The notes below the pieces were generated by a model, which ran no database searches, was not told the DNA's origin, and saw nothing but the letters and a program-made list of their open reading frames with translations. Positions 1-20,169 of a DNA stretch of 64,000 nt are shown here, one piece after another. The stretch is taken from the NCBI RefSeq assembly GCF_009914755.1, contig NC_060932.1; one strand, given 5' to 3'. This DNA is from the human T2T-CHM13v2.0 reference genome, Homo sapiens. How positions within the stretch are numbered: position 1 is the first letter of the stretch; each line of letters starts with the position of its first letter. The position numbers and the translations under genes are program-made.

Positions 1-234
1 TCTCGGCTCACTGGAAGCTCCGCCTCCCAGGTTCACGCCATTCTCCCGCCTCAGCCTCCCGAGTAGCTGGGACTACAGGCGGCCACCACCACGCCTGGCT
101 AATTTTTTGTATTTTTAATAGAGACGGGGTTTCACCGTGTTGGCCAGGATCGTCTCGATCTCCTGACCTCGTGATCCGCCCGCCTCGGCCTCCCAGAGTG
201 CTGGGATTACAGGCGTGAGCCACCGCGCCTGGCC
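1..234 (-). mobile_element. Alu (AluY-like), cut by window edge
   Basis: Alu consensus, reverse. Confidence 0.9.
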
Positions 235-914
235 TCAAGTATTCTTTTATAGCCACACCAACGGACTGTGACATTTCCAAAACCACCAAATTCAGATGTT
301 TCACCTTGTCTATACAGGTGAGCCCTACATCCACCTGGAATCGCACTAGCCTGTCAAAAAGAAAGCCATTTAATAAGCGTATTAAAAATAAGAGTCAAAC
401 GTGGGTTCCACCTAACATAAACTGACGTTTAAAACATAAATTCTGTAATTATTTGGAGATTTCAAAATGCTATTGGATTCCTGGATTTTGTTTAGTTTGT
501 TAAACAAAAACACGTAAAATTTCCTGACACTTGTAAGACTGGTTTATCCTTCAGGTACTTAGCTTTCGTTTTGTTTTTCCTTAACATAGAAGGAATCTGG
601 ATGAGAACAATTGGTAGAGCCTTAATGAACTTGAAAGAGAACTGAAGGCATTGGCATTTTTCCAGACTGAGTGATTGCTTTCACAGGAAACGCTGCCTCC
701 TGAAGGAAGGGCGTGCCCCGCTCCTGGCTGCCTGCCTCGTGGTGGTCAATTCGCTGCCCTGTACCTGTTGATGCGCAAGAAAGTGGCTGGAAGGAAACTG
801 CTGCCGGTGTGCTCAGTGGACTCGAAACGGAAGACAACGAGCAGAGGAGAGAAAGTTACTTTTTCCTGCCGGGCTGCGTGTTTAACCAATTTGTCTAAGA
901 AAAGAAGGATGGAG

Positions 915-1255
<341 letters not shown>

Positions 1256-1495
1256 TCACGCAGCTGGTGTGGCTGGGAGTTGGCTTGGAAGTTTACACAC
1301 TTGAGCTCTATCGATTCCGAAACTTCCCGATACATCGTGAGGTGTGGGCAGGAGGGAGACGCGCCAGGCAGCAGCCAACGGGGTGGAGTCCCCGGGCCCA
1401 GCCTCCTGCGGGAGGGGGCTCTGCTGCCTCCAGGCCCGGGTCGCTCCTGCCTGGCCCCGGGGACCCCGTTCTTCCTCCGACTCCGACGACGGGCT

Positions 1496-1515
1496 CCTCC
1501 TGCCCGGACATGCCC
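1496..1515 (-). promoter_or_regulatory. p53 response element in TNFRSF10A intron 1
   Basis: Minus strand GGGCATGTCC GGGCAGGAGG: one perfect RRRCWWGYYY half-site plus a degenerate half-site with 0 spacer; matches the known intron-1 p53 site of TRAIL receptor genes. Confidence 0.85.
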
Positions 1516-1623
1516 CGCCACAAGTGACCCGGGCCAGGCACCCCCGCCGCGTCCCCCTCTCTCTCTGCCCCCTCCCGGTGCCAGGCGCGCTTTTCCCCAG
1601 GCAGGACCGCGGTGGGGACTCAC

Positions 1624-1929
1624 CTGCAGCAGGACCCCGACGACGACAAACTTGAAGGTCTTGTGGACCCGGAGCCGAGGGCTGGCTTCCCGCGCCGGCC
1701 TGGGTCCTGGGGCGCGCCCTGCCCGGGCCCGGGCACTGGGTCCGTGCTGTCCCATGGAGGTAGGGAGCGCTCCTCGGCCCCCGCCTCGTGGTTCAATCCT
1801 CCCCGCGGAAGAGCCCCACACTTTGCTGGGTGTGGCCGCGGCTGCCTCTGTCCCACTCGCTGCGCTCCCGGGATTCGGAGTCACTGCCAGGAACGCACCT
1901 AGATGTACTCTAGCTGGTGGTGGCGCCAT
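1624..1929 (-). CDS. TNFRSF10A: TNFRSF10A (TRAIL-R1/DR4) coding exon 1, residues 1-102; rest of gene lies left of the window
   Basis: Translates MAPPPARVHLGAFLAVTPNPGS...KTFKFVVVGVLLQ, the DR4 N-terminus; ATG in strong context (GCAGGATGG); ends at CAG|GTGAGT donor, phase 0. Confidence 0.97.
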
Positions 1930-2295
1930 CCTGCCAGGTCAATCCAAGAAGCAGCGTGCTTGGCTATGACAAGACAGAACTTCGCATTCGGAGTTCAGGG
2001 CACCCCTGACCCCGCCCCCTTTTCGGGGCACCTGCGGCTCCTGTTGGCTAACCCTGAACTTCCTTCCTCTGTGACCGCCCTTGCCGCTCTCAGCTTCTGT
2101 TCCTCAACCACGGCCGCCGCGTGGATGCCGCTGCATTCGGAGTCGTTTTGCCACTTGGTCCCAGCGCCAGGCTTCTCGGTCGGGAGTTGACCTCAGCCTT
2201 TCTGTGACCCAGTTCCTGGCACCCAGCAGGCGCTCGGTGGACGGATGGGTGGCGGAATGAAGGACACAGAGGCCACTGCGGGGTCTGGCCTCTAA

Positions 2296-2666
<371 letters not shown>

Positions 2667-3092
2667 TCATCCTGCTTTTGGTTTCAGGTCTCCATGCCAG
2701 TGAAATGTCACCTCAACTCCACCGTCCCTGGTGTCAGGCAAGCCCGAGGGACCCAATTCTGCCTTTCTTCTGGATTTTCCTAACCTGTTAAGAGTCTTGA
2801 AAGTCCTTAAACCACGGGAGACTATCTGGCACATGACACGGGATGAGACTTGGTGGGGGTCCCACGGGGGACAGGTCCTTCCAGCGGTTCCTCTGCACCC
2901 AGCGCTGCACGGGCACGGGGCGTGGGTAATCAGCCTCCCGAAAGCCACGCGAGTCACGGTCCTGCCTGCGAAGAACTCCCAGGGCGACCTTGGGGCTGAG
3001 GAGTGGGTAAGAGAAAGGGGGCGCTGATTGATGTTCATTTTTCTCCATATTTTAATGGTGTTCCGGTACCATTTGTTGAAAAGACTCTTTTC

Positions 3093-3393
<301 letters not shown>

Positions 3394-4239
3394 ACTTTTT
3401 TTCCTTATCCAATAGCCTTATCACTTTTGTTGAAATTAAATTGACCATATATATGTATGTGTCCATTTCCGGACTCTATTCTGTTCCGTTTATTTATTTG
3501 GCTATTCTCATGCTAATTACCACATTGTCCTAATTATGAGCTGTATAGTCAGTCTTGAAATCAGGCAGTTCAAGTCCTCCCCCTACTACCCACCTCCCAA
3601 ATGGTTTGCATTTCCGTATATATTAAATATAGAATAATTTTTTTCAGTTAAAAAAGCCTACTGGAATTTTAATTGGGATTGCATTGAATGTAGAGATGAA
3701 TGAGAATAATTGACATTTTAACAATTTTGAGTCTTTCAATCCATGAAATTTATTTATTTAGATATTTGTTACTTAAGCTTGACAATATTTTGCAAACTTT
3801 CCATGTACAAATCTTTCATATCTTTTGTAAACATATTTCTAACTATTTTTGTTACTATTGCTAATGGAATTGATTTAGCTTCCCTTATTTTCAAATTGTT
3901 TGTTGCAACTATACAGAAATACAGTTGATTTTTGTCCATCGGCCTTGTATGCTATGGTACTGCTAAATTGATATATTTCTAGTTGTTATTTTATAGATTA
4001 TTTAGGATTTTCTATGTAAGCAATCCTATTGTCAGTAACCAAAAACTGTCTCAGTTCTTCCTTTCCAATCTTTATACCTTCTATTCATCTTTGTTGCTGA
4101 ATTGCCCTGGATAGGATTTCCAGTACAATGTTAAATAGAAATAGTTAAAGCAGACATGCTTATCTTATTCCATATCTTAGAACACATCTAATTAATCACC
4201 ATTAGATATGATGTTAGTTATAGTTTCCTCATAGATGCC

Positions 4240-5108
<869 letters not shown>

Positions 5109-5929
5109 ATGCCCTTTACCAGATCAAATTCCCTTTCATTTCTACTTTGCTGTTTTTACCATTAATAGAATGTGAAATATAACAATAAACAATAACGTTT
5201 GACACATTGAAACGTATCAAATGTTATTTTTTGGCATCTATTGAGATGATTATATTGTTTTTCTCTTTTATGCTATTCAAATGTTTAATCAAATTGACTT
5301 TCAAATGTTGCATCTAACTTGAATTCCTGGGTCAAATTTCACTTGTCATGATGTATTATCTTTTTTACATATTGCTAGGTTTGATTTGCTAATACTTTCT
5401 TAAGCATATTTTTGTGTCTGTATTCATGAGAGATATTGATTTATCATTGTCTTATTCTGTAATGTCTTTCTAAGTTTGGGTATACTCATTATTCTGGCTT
5501 TATAAAATAAACTCAGTTTCCTGAGAGTCTTATAAGATTAGCATTATTTCTTCTTTCAATGTTTGATACCATTCACCAGTAACACCATCTGGACTTGGTG
5601 ATAATTTTTGTTGTTTTTCTTTTGGGGTATGTATGTGTCTGAAGGTTTTTGATAATAAATTCAAATCCTATAATAGATATGAGTTTTTCAGATTTTCTAT
5701 TATTTTATATGTCTCTTTTGGCAAGTAAAAATTTTCAAGTCATTTGTCTCTTTTATCTGAGTTCTTAAATATATTGGCATAAAGTTGCTCACAATATTCC
5801 CTTATTATCCTTAGCAATCATAGTGATGTCCTCTCTTTTATTTTGATAACTTAGTTTTGTCTCTCTCTCTTTGATGAGTTTCGCTAATGATTTATTATTC
5901 TTTTCAAATAGCCATAATGTCTATGTTAA

Positions 5930-6334
<405 letters not shown>

Positions 6335-6795
6335 TGCTCTTCTTTCTTTAGCTTTTAAGTGGAAACCTAGATCATTGATTTCTATCCTTTTTTGTTTACT
6401 AATACGAGCACTCATACTCTCTATGTCCTTCTGTAGTTATGTCCTACAAATTTTGATATTTTGCATCATCATTTAGTTTGAAATATTTTCTGATTTCTAC
6501 AGGCTTTCTCCTCTGACCCATGGTGGTTTAAACTGCAAATATGAAAGTCTTTTTTGTATTTCTTATTGACTTCTAATTCAATTTCACTGCAACTAAAGAA
6601 AGTGTTCTGTATGATTTCAATCCTTTTAAATTTATTAAGACTCTTCGTAGGCCCAGAATAGGGTCTACCTTAGTAAACATACTATGTGCACTCAAAAAGA
6701 ATGAACATTCTACAGTTGTTGGGTATAGTATTCTATGAATGTTTATTAGGTCAAGGTGGTTGATAATTTTTTCAGATTGTCTGTGACTTCATTGA

Positions 6796-7185
<390 letters not shown>

Positions 7186-7974
7186 TAGTTGGGGAAACTC
7201 TGCTTTTTAATTGGATTGTTTATTCTGGTTACATTTGTTGTTGTGGTGAAATTTGGAAAGTTCAACCTGCCACAACGTCTTCACTTACTATTTTTAAAGG
7301 ATATTCTCAATGAGTGTGAATAGTGAGTCAACAGCTTTCTTTCACCATTTCACACATCCTGAGCCTCCATTGTTTTGAGTCAGCTGTCGTTCATATCTTT
7401 GTTACCTGTGAATGCACAAAATTTGCTCTGTATGATGACTATGATGTGTCCAGGTAGGGTTTTCTTTACATTTATTTTTATGAGGGGTTTATGAACTTTT
7501 TGAATCTATAAGTTGATGTTTTTTCACTACATTTTAGACTATATCAACTTTTTTTTTCTTTCATCTTTTCCAGCCATTTCTTCTTGGTTCTGGTTCCGTG
7601 TGTACCGCATGATATTGTACCACGTGTCACGGAGACTCGCTTCCTTGTTTTCTTTCAGTTTCATTTTCCCTTGCACTTCAGATGGAATGATATCTATTGA
7701 TCTCTTTTCAAGTTCACTCATTCTTTCTTCTGTAATGTTCAATCTCTCTTAAGAAAGTCCAAATAAATTTTTCATTTCAGAGAGTGGAATTTTCGGTTCT
7801 AAAATGTCCATTTGGTTCTTGTTTATAGTTATCATATGTATGCTGAAATAGCTTATCTTCCACTCATGTCAACAATCTTTTCTGTAGACCCAACATATAT
7901 TTTGTAGCTCCTTAAAAGAGATTCTATTATGAATCAGCATTAAAAACCACTGTGAAGACAGAAACTCTACCTAG

Positions 7975-8292
<318 letters not shown>

Positions 8293-8520
8293 AGGAGTGA
8301 GTTATCTAATGAAGAGTAACAATAACAGAAAATGTTTATGAGCTGCTGCATACAATAATTTCACAAGTATTTATCGAAAATTGATTACATACCAGGCAAA
8401 ATGTATGCAAAGATTAAAATCTGCAGTACCTGATCTAGGGGACTTGCACACTAGTAGGGAGACAGTAAAACAACTGTAATAAAATGTGATTTGGCAGAGC
8501 CTATTAAAAATGATTCTATC

Positions 8521-8948
<428 letters not shown>

Positions 8949-9046
8949 TTACAAAGAAATCTTAAAGAAAATCCAAAGACAATAGGGAAGACAAAAAAGG
9001 AAAAAAAAAAAAAAAAAAGACAACAGAGGAAATTTTAGCCTATGAC

Positions 9047-9436
<390 letters not shown>

Positions 9437-10517
9437 CTACTAAAAGTTCTGTTTCACTAAATTCCTTTTATCCAATCCATCATGTTCATAATACAGGAAA
9501 TAAACAGAATTGAAGGCAGAAATTTGCACTACTATAATAATAGTTGGAGACTTCAATTGTCCCACTTTCAAAAACAGAACCATCAGAATGAAGATCAATA
9601 AGGATGTAGCGTACTTGGACATCACTATATACTAATGGAAACTAAAAGACATAGAAAACAGTTCACCACAAACAGAAGCATACAATTTTTCTCAAAGATA
9701 CATGGAATATTCTCCAGGATAAACCATAAGTTAGACCACAGAGTAATTCTTTATAAATTTAAAATAACTGAAAGTATCTCTTCTGATCACAATATGACAC
9801 TAGAAATCAGTATCAGAAGGAAAAGAGTAAACTCCTCAAACATGTAGAAATCAACAAGCTTTTAAATAACCAACGAGTCAAAGAGGAACTCATACAAGAA
9901 ATTAGAAAAGATCTGGAGATAAGTGAAGCAAAAAACACAACATACTAAAACTTATGGGATGCAGTAAAAGCAGTGCTAAGAGGAAATGTTATCATGGTAA
10001 ATGCTTATATCAAAAAGGAAAAAAGACCTAAAATAAACAATCTACACATTAAGAAACTAGGAAAGGAAGAATAAACTAAATCCAAGGTAGCGGAAAGAAG
10101 GAAATAAAAAAAAATAGAGGAGAGATTATTTTAAAAAGAGAATAGGAAAACAGTAAAGAAAATCAATAAGCCCAAAAGTTGATTCTTTGAAAAGATTAAC
10201 AAAATGGAGAAATCTTTGGCTTGATTTATTAAAAAATAAGAATCCTCAAATTACTAAAATCAGAAATGAAAGTGGGACATTATTGCTGATTCTACAGGAA
10301 TAAAAAGGGTTAGAAGAGAGTACTATGAAAAAATGTATGCCAAAAAAACACATTTATCTAGCTAAAATGAACAAATTCCTAGAAACACACAACCTACCAA
10401 GACTGATTTATAATGAAATAGAAAATTGGAACAGACATAACTGGAAGGAGATTGAATCAACAATCAAAAACTTCCCTGGACCAGATTTGTGTCCAGCCAA
10501 ATATTTAAAGAAAAATC

Positions 10518-10900
<383 letters not shown>

Positions 10901-11014
10901 CTAAAGTCAGGCAAAGATACTACAAGAAAGAAAACTACAGACCAATATCCCTTATAAATTTTGCTGCAAAAATCTTCAACAAAATAATAACAAACTGAAA
11001 CTAACATTTACAGA

Positions 11015-11322
11015 TTTTTATTATTTATTTATTTATTTATTAAAGACAGTCTTGCTCTGTCAGCACGCTGGAGTGCAGTGGTGTGATCATAGCTCACTGC
11101 AGCCTTGAACTCCTGGGCTCAAGTTATCCCCTTCCCTCAGCCTCCCAAGTCACTGGGACTTTAGCTGCCTGTCACCACGCCCAGCTAATTTCTTGTTTTT
11201 TTTTGTAGAAATGGGGTCTTGCTATGTTGCCCAGGCTAGTCTCAAACTCTTCGGCTCAAGCAATCCTCCTGCTTCGGCCTCCCAAAGGGCTGAGATGATA
11301 GGTGTGAGCCACCATGCCTGGT
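11015..11322 (-). mobile_element. Alu (AluJ-like) with (TTTA)n tail
   Basis: Diverged Alu, reverse. Confidence 0.85.
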
Positions 11323-11331
11323 TCTGAATCA

Positions 11332-12332
<1,001 letters not shown>

Positions 12333-12389
12333 TCAAAGTAATACAGCACATTAACAGAATGAAGGACAGAAACCACATAATCCTCATCT

Positions 12390-12604
12390 CTTTTTGTTTG
12401 TTTGTTTTTGTTTCTGGGACAGCGTTTCACTTTGTTGCCCAGGCTGGAGTGCAGAGGCTTGATCATAGCTCACTGCAGCCTCCACCTCCTGGGCTCAGGC
12501 AAGCCTCGTCCTTCAGTCTCCCCAGGAGTTGGGACTATAGGTGTGCCACCATGCCTGGCTATTTTTTTTTTTTTTTTAGTATAGACAAGGTCTCCTTGTT
12601 GCCC
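12390..12604 (-). mobile_element. Alu (AluJ-like), partial
   Basis: Diverged Alu, reverse. Confidence 0.8.
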
Positions 12605-13561
12605 ATACTGATCTCAACTGATGCAGAAAAAGCATTTGACAAAATTCAATACTGTCTCATGATAAAAATGCTCAACAAACTAGGAATAGAAGGAAACTAG
12701 ATAGACATAATGAAAAACATATTTGAAAAATGAAAACCAACATAAGGATGAAAGACTAAAAGATTTTTGTCTAAGATTAGGATCAAGACATGGATGCCTG
12801 CTTTCACCACTTCTATTCAAGATAGTACTAGAAGTCTTAGAGCAGTTATGCCAGAAAGAGAAATATGCTCATTCAAATTTGAAAGGAAGACATAAAATTA
12901 TCTCTATTTGCAGCTGCCATGATCTTATACATAGAAAACCCTAAAGATTTCACAAACATTTATTAGAATGAATAAACAAATTTGGAAAAGTTGCAGAAAA
13001 AATCAATACACAGAAATCAGTTCCTTTTCTATTCACCAACAATAAACAATCTGAAAAGAAAATTAAGAAAGCAATTCCATTTACAATGGCATGATAAAAA
13101 TACTTAGGAATAGACTTCACCAACAAGGCAAATAACTTGTACACTGAAAACTACAAAATGTTCCTGAAAGAAATTAAAGAAAACATCAATAAATGGAAGG
13201 ACAGTCTGTGTTCATGGATTGGAAGACTTAAGATGCCAACACTACTCAAAGCAATCTACAGATTCAATGTGATCACGATCCAGATACCAATGATGTATTT
13301 TTGCAGAAATAGAAAGATCCATCCTAAAATGTATATGGAATCTCAAGAACTCTAAACAGCCAAAACAACCTTGAAAAAGAAGAACAAAGCTGGAGGATTC
13401 ATACTTCCTCTTTTCAAAACTTAACTAAAGCTATAAGAATCAAAGTAGTGTGCTACTGGCAGAAAGACAGACATATAGACCAATGGAATAGTATAAAGTG
13501 CCCAAAATTAAACCCTCACAAATACGGTCAAATGATTTTTGACACAGATCTCATAACCACT

Positions 13562-13853
13562 TGTGTTAGGCCATTTTTGCATTGCTATATGGGTAATTTA
13601 TAAAGAAAGGTTTAATTAGCTCATAGTTCTGCAGGCTGTACAAGCATAATGCTGGCATCTGCTTGGCTTCTGTGAAGCCTTAGGGAGCTTTTATTCATGG
13701 GGGGGAAGGTGAAGTGAGAGCAGGCACATTATTTGGTGAGAGTGGGAGCAAGAGAGAAAGGAGAGAGATGCTATAACCTTTGAAATGACTAGATCTTGCA
13801 CGAACTAACTGAGCAAGAACTCACTTATCACCATGGGATGGTGCTAAACCATT
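13562..13853 (-). mobile_element. MST-family LTR, partial
   Basis: tgtgttaggccatttttgcattgctat... typical reverse-strand MST; interrupted by THE1. Confidence 0.7.
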
Positions 13854-15692
13854 TGTATTAGTCTGTTCTCATGCTGCTAATAAAGACATACCCAAGATGG
13901 GATAATTTATAAAGTAAAGAGGTTTAATTGACTCACAGTTCCACATGGCTGAGGAGACCTTGCAATCATGGCAGAAGGCAAAGGAGAAGCAAAGGCACAT
14001 TTTATATGGCAGCAGGCAAGGAGAAGTGCAGAGCAAAGAGGGGGAAAAGCCCTTTATAAACCATCAGATCTCATGAGAACTTACTCATCATCATGAGAAC
14101 AGCATGAGGGTAACCACCCCCATGATTAAACTACCTCTCATTACAAATCAAGATGAGATTTGGGTGGGGACACAGCTAAACCATGTCATTCCACCGCTGG
14201 CCCCTCCCAAATTTCATGTCCTCACATTTCAAAACACATAATCATGCCCTGGCAACAGTCTTAACTCATTTCAGCACTAAATCAGAAGTCCAAGTCCAAA
14301 GTCTCATCTGAGACAAGTTAAGTTCCTTCCACCTATGAGTCTGTAAAATTAAAAGCTAACTAGTTACTTCCTAGATACAAGGGGGTATAGGCATTCAGTA
14401 AATACACCCATTCCAAATGGGAGACATTGGCCAAAACAAAGGGGCCACAGGCCCCATGCAAGTCCGAAATCCAGTAGGGCTGTCATTAAACCTTAAAGTT
14501 TCAAAATTATCTCCTTTGACTTGATGTCTCACATCCACGTCATGCTGGTGCAAGAGGTGGGCTCCCAAGGCCTTGGGCAGCTCTGCCCCTGTGGCTTTGC
14601 AGGGTACACCCCCTTGTCCTGGCTGTTTTCACAAGCTGGTGTTGAGTGTCTGTGGCTTTTCCAGTTGCATAGTGCAAGCTGTTGGTGGATCTACCATTCT
14701 GGGGTCTGAAGGATGGTGGCTCTCTTCTCATAGATTCACTATGCAGCACCCCAGTGGGGATTCTGTATGGGAGCTCTGACCCCACATTTCCCTTCTGCAC
14801 TGCCCTAGCAGAGGTTCTCCATGAGGACTCCACCCTGCAACACACTTCTGCCTGGACATCCAGGCATTTCCATACATCCTCTGAAATCTAGGCAGAGGTT
14901 TCCAAACCTCAATTCTTGTCTTCTGCACACCTGCAGGACCAACACCATGTGGAAGCTGGCAAGGATTGGGGCTTTCACCCTCTGAAGCCATGACCCATGC
15001 TGTACATTGGCCCCCTTTAGTCATGGCTGGAGTGGCTGGGTTGCAGGGCACCAAGTCCTAAGGCTGCAAACAGCAGGGGGACCCTGGGCCTGGCCCAGGA
15101 AACCAATTTTTCCTCCTAGGCCTCCAGGTCTGTGATGGGAGAGGCTGCCATGAAGACCTCTGATATGCCCTGCAGACATGAAGACATTTTCCCCATGGTC
15201 TTGGTGATTAACATTTGGCTCCTCATTACTTATGCAACTTCCTGCAGCCAGCTTGAATTTCTCCTCAGAAAATGAGATTTTCTTTTCTATTGAAATGTCA
15301 GTCTGCAAATTTCCCAAACTTTTATGCTCTGCTTCCTTTTGAATGCTTTGCCATTTAGAAATTTCTTCCTCCAGATACCCTAAATCATGACTCTCAAGTT
15401 CAAAGTTCCACAAATCTCTAGGGCAGGGGCAAAATGACGCCAGTCTCTTTGCATAGCAAGAGTGACCTTTACTCCAGTTCCATCAAGTTTCTCACCTCCA
15501 TCTGAGACCACCTTAGCCTGGATGTCATTGTCCATATATCACTATCAGCTTTTTGGTCAAAGTTATTCAACAAGTGCCTAGGAAGTTCCAAACTTACCCA
15601 CATCTTCCTGTCTTCTTCTGAGCCCTCCAAACTGTTTCAACCTATGCCTGTTACCCACTTCTGAAGTCGCTTCCACATTTTTGGGTATCCTT
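13854..15692 (-). mobile_element. THE1 LTR (13854-~14188) plus THE1-internal
   Basis: tgtattagtctgttctcatgctgctaataaagacatacc LTR followed by characteristic MaLR-int sequence. Confidence 0.85.
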
Positions 15693-15912
15693 TGTGAAAG
15701 GAAAATATCTTGGGCCCCCAAAATCACTAAGCTAAAGTGAAAATTCAAGCTGGGAACTGCTTAAGGCAAAACCTGACTCCCATTCTATTCAAAGTTATCC
15801 CTCTGCTCACTGTGATAAATGCATATCTGATTGTCTCCTTTGGAAAGGCTAATCAGAAACTCAGAATAATGCAACCGTTTATCTCTCACCTATCTGTGAC
15901 CTGGAAGCCCTC

Positions 15913-16350
15913 TGTGATGATTAATACTGCCTGTCCACTTGATTGGATCAAGGGATGCAAAGTATTCATCCTGGGGGTGTCTGTGTGGGTGTTGCCAAAA
16001 GAGATTAACATTTGAGTCGGTGGGCTGGGGAAGGCAGATCCACCCTTAATCTGGTGGGCACAATCTAATCAGCTTCCAGTGAATATAAAGCAGGCAGAAA
16101 AACATGAACAGGAGAGATGGGCCTAGCCTCCCAACCTACATCTTTCTCCTGTGCTGGCTGCTTCCTGCCCTTGAACATGAACGTCTGACTCCAAGTTCTT
16201 CAGTTTTGGGACTCGGACTGACACTCCTTGCTCCTCAGCTTGCATACAGCCTATTGTGGGACTTATGATCGTGCAAGTTAATACTTAAGAGACTCCTCTT
16301 TATATATATCCTGTTAGTTCTATCCCTGTAAGATAACCCTGACTAATACA
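15913..16350 (+). mobile_element. MLT2A (ERVL) solo LTR nested in the MER4 LTR
   Basis: tgtgatgattaatactg...cacttgattggat...ccctgactaataca. Confidence 0.8.
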
Positions 16351-16559
16351 TCCCTTTTCCGCTTTTAGTTTTCCTGCCTTTGCTTCAAGTTGTCCTACCT
16401 TTCCAGACCAAACCAATGTACTTCTTACATATATTGATTGATATCTCATGTCTCCCTAAAATGTGTAAAACAAAGCTGTGCCCTGACCTCCTTGGGCACA
16501 TGTCCTCAGGCCTTCCTGAGTCTGTGTCATGAGCACACGTCTTCAGCTTGGCAAAATAA

Positions 16560-16860
<301 letters not shown>

Positions 16861-17284
16861 AGCAAAATAAACTTTCTAAATTAACTGAGACCCGTCTCAG
16901 ATATTCTGGGCCCATATTTAATAACCATAAAGGGATTCTGAGTGGAATGCTCCCCACCTCTGACAAATCTAGCCTCTGACAAGCTAGATTTGACAAGCAC
17001 CTATTGGTGCTTGGTACCAGCATGAGCTTACTTTATGGCTCAAACCTATGGGACAATTTGCTGAGGTCTGAGAGCAACCCGCCCCTCACCCCTCCGCCCC
17101 ACCAAGAGAATTACTATCTTCCCAAATTTGGTTGAAATCTAAAGTTTATTTTGCTATGCAACTTTTTTTTTTTGGAGTTTTACTTGCTTCCAACAAGAAA
17201 GGCAAGTTTTCCTGCTTCCATGATGATGGAAGATAGGTAACTCCTTTATGGAGTTTGAGCTCACTTCCAACAGGGAAGGTGAGT

Positions 17285-17313
17285 TTGTTGTTGTTGTTGT
17301 TGTTGTTGTTGTT
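17285..17313 (+). repeat. (TTG)n microsatellite
   Basis: About 9 TTG units. Confidence 0.85.
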
Positions 17314-17645
17314 TTGTTTGTTTTTCTGCTTCTAGGATGGTAGAGAGTGGTCTACAGCCTGAGATCCATTCCTAGATAAGCAACTGAATTGGGGTTTATC
17401 TTGGCTAAAGTTAAGATTAAAAACCAGCTGGTCTTTATTTCTCCTTACCATTACAGTGCTCAGGAATTATGTTAAGTTGTGAGATTGTTTGTTTTGCTTA
17501 ACTTTTTTGTTGTTGTTGATGTTTATTTGTTTCTGTTTTTGTTGTTTCAGTCTTTCTCCCGTTGGGTTTGACCAACTCTGTCCAACTCAATCAAATCCGA
17601 AGGAAAGTTCCAAATTATGAGGAACAAGGCCTCTAAAGTGGCTAA

Positions 17646-18019
<374 letters not shown>

Positions 18020-18221
18020 GGCAAGAAAAATGTTTTATTTTTATTACTTAAGGGGTTTTATTTACATAACAAAGCCTCCTTTTTGCTAACCAGGCCAAAC
18101 TGAAAGCAATGGCTGTCCCCCTACTCTGCAGTTCAATAGCTAAGGTTCTGCCTTTTTTTTTCTCCTGTCTTCATGACAGCCTAAGTTTGGTTCCTAAATC
18201 AAGTCCTTTCTGGTTTGATAG

Positions 18222-18877
<656 letters not shown>

Positions 18878-20169
18878 AAGATTTTTTATTTTTAAAGACA
18901 CTCAATAGTTAAAAGTCAACTTAATTAAAAGCTAATATTTAAAATGTATGTGTATGTGTATGTGTGCATAAGTGCATGTTCATATTTAAAAGGCCTTCAT
19001 GGTTTTGTTTTTGTTTTTCTCTGCTAGGACCTTGTCTTTTTTTGAGCAAAAACTTTTTTTGTTCTCAATTGACTCAATTCTGTTTCCACTCGATTTTTTT
19101 TTTTTTTTTTACTAAAATAGTTATTGCAACAGAGGCTACTCTTGGGTTTTTAAGAAAGAGTATAGTTTAGACACTTAGAAATGCTTTGTTTACAAAAATG
19201 TTTTAAGTGCACTGTAAAAGCATCATGTGGTCTAGCCTCATAATAATTCTCCCTTTTTGGAGACCCAGGATTCAGTGTGGGCTCTGCCCAGAGCTCAGAG
19301 ATCCAGTTAAAAAAGAATTGGTAGTCCCTATCTAAATAACAGTGGTCTCCTTATACAATCCAGTGATAAATTTCTATAATTTTATGTTCAATTGGCAATT
19401 AAATCTGTTTTAATTTCCCTCTAGCTCACAGAATTTCTCTTCAGACCTTATAATGTAAATTTTGCTATCTGACTTTCACCTGAGTTGTTTCCTTTAATAT
19501 GCAAATTTAAGACTATTTAGCTGACTACTGCCTAGCACTGTGAAACAGGTTATCAAGAATCTGAAAGTCTAAGATAAAGAAAAAAGGTTTTTATGAATCT
19601 GTAAGATGTACTTCTTCTATCAGCATGCCTAATACATCTATGTATTTATGTGTTATGTATACAATGTTGCACTCCTGAAAATATATCAAAGAGCTCTAAT
19701 TAATTGTCTTAAAAATAAAAGCATTTACATCAAATACTTTATTAGAAAAAGGAAAGACTAGTCAAATGCTTTTTCAAGTTATGTGACTTAAGTAAAATCT
19801 TTAATAAATAAGCTATCTTTAAAATTATTGGTAAAGTAATATTAGAAATGTCTTAGGAATTGCCAGCATACATTTTTATTTGCGTTTATTAATCAAGCAA
19901 TTTCATACTTAACCCTGCCAAATACTATTAGGTGTCAAAATTTGGCACAGGCTATAAACCCAGCCCAAGACAGAATGATCTCTGCTCGTGTAACCATTAA
20001 TAAATAAGACATTGATATTGGTTTAATGAAAATAGCTACATCTTGATTTAGTAAAATTACCATAACTTCTAATCTTGTGGCAGTCTAGGCAGTCTAGTCC
20101 ACAGGCAGTAAGGAGTTTTGTTTTGGGAAAGGACTGTTATACTTTGTTTCAAAGTTAAACTATAAGTAA

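Noticed and set aside
14521-15413. Cluster of 60-130 aa ORFs
   Set aside because: Decayed THE1-internal ORF fragments
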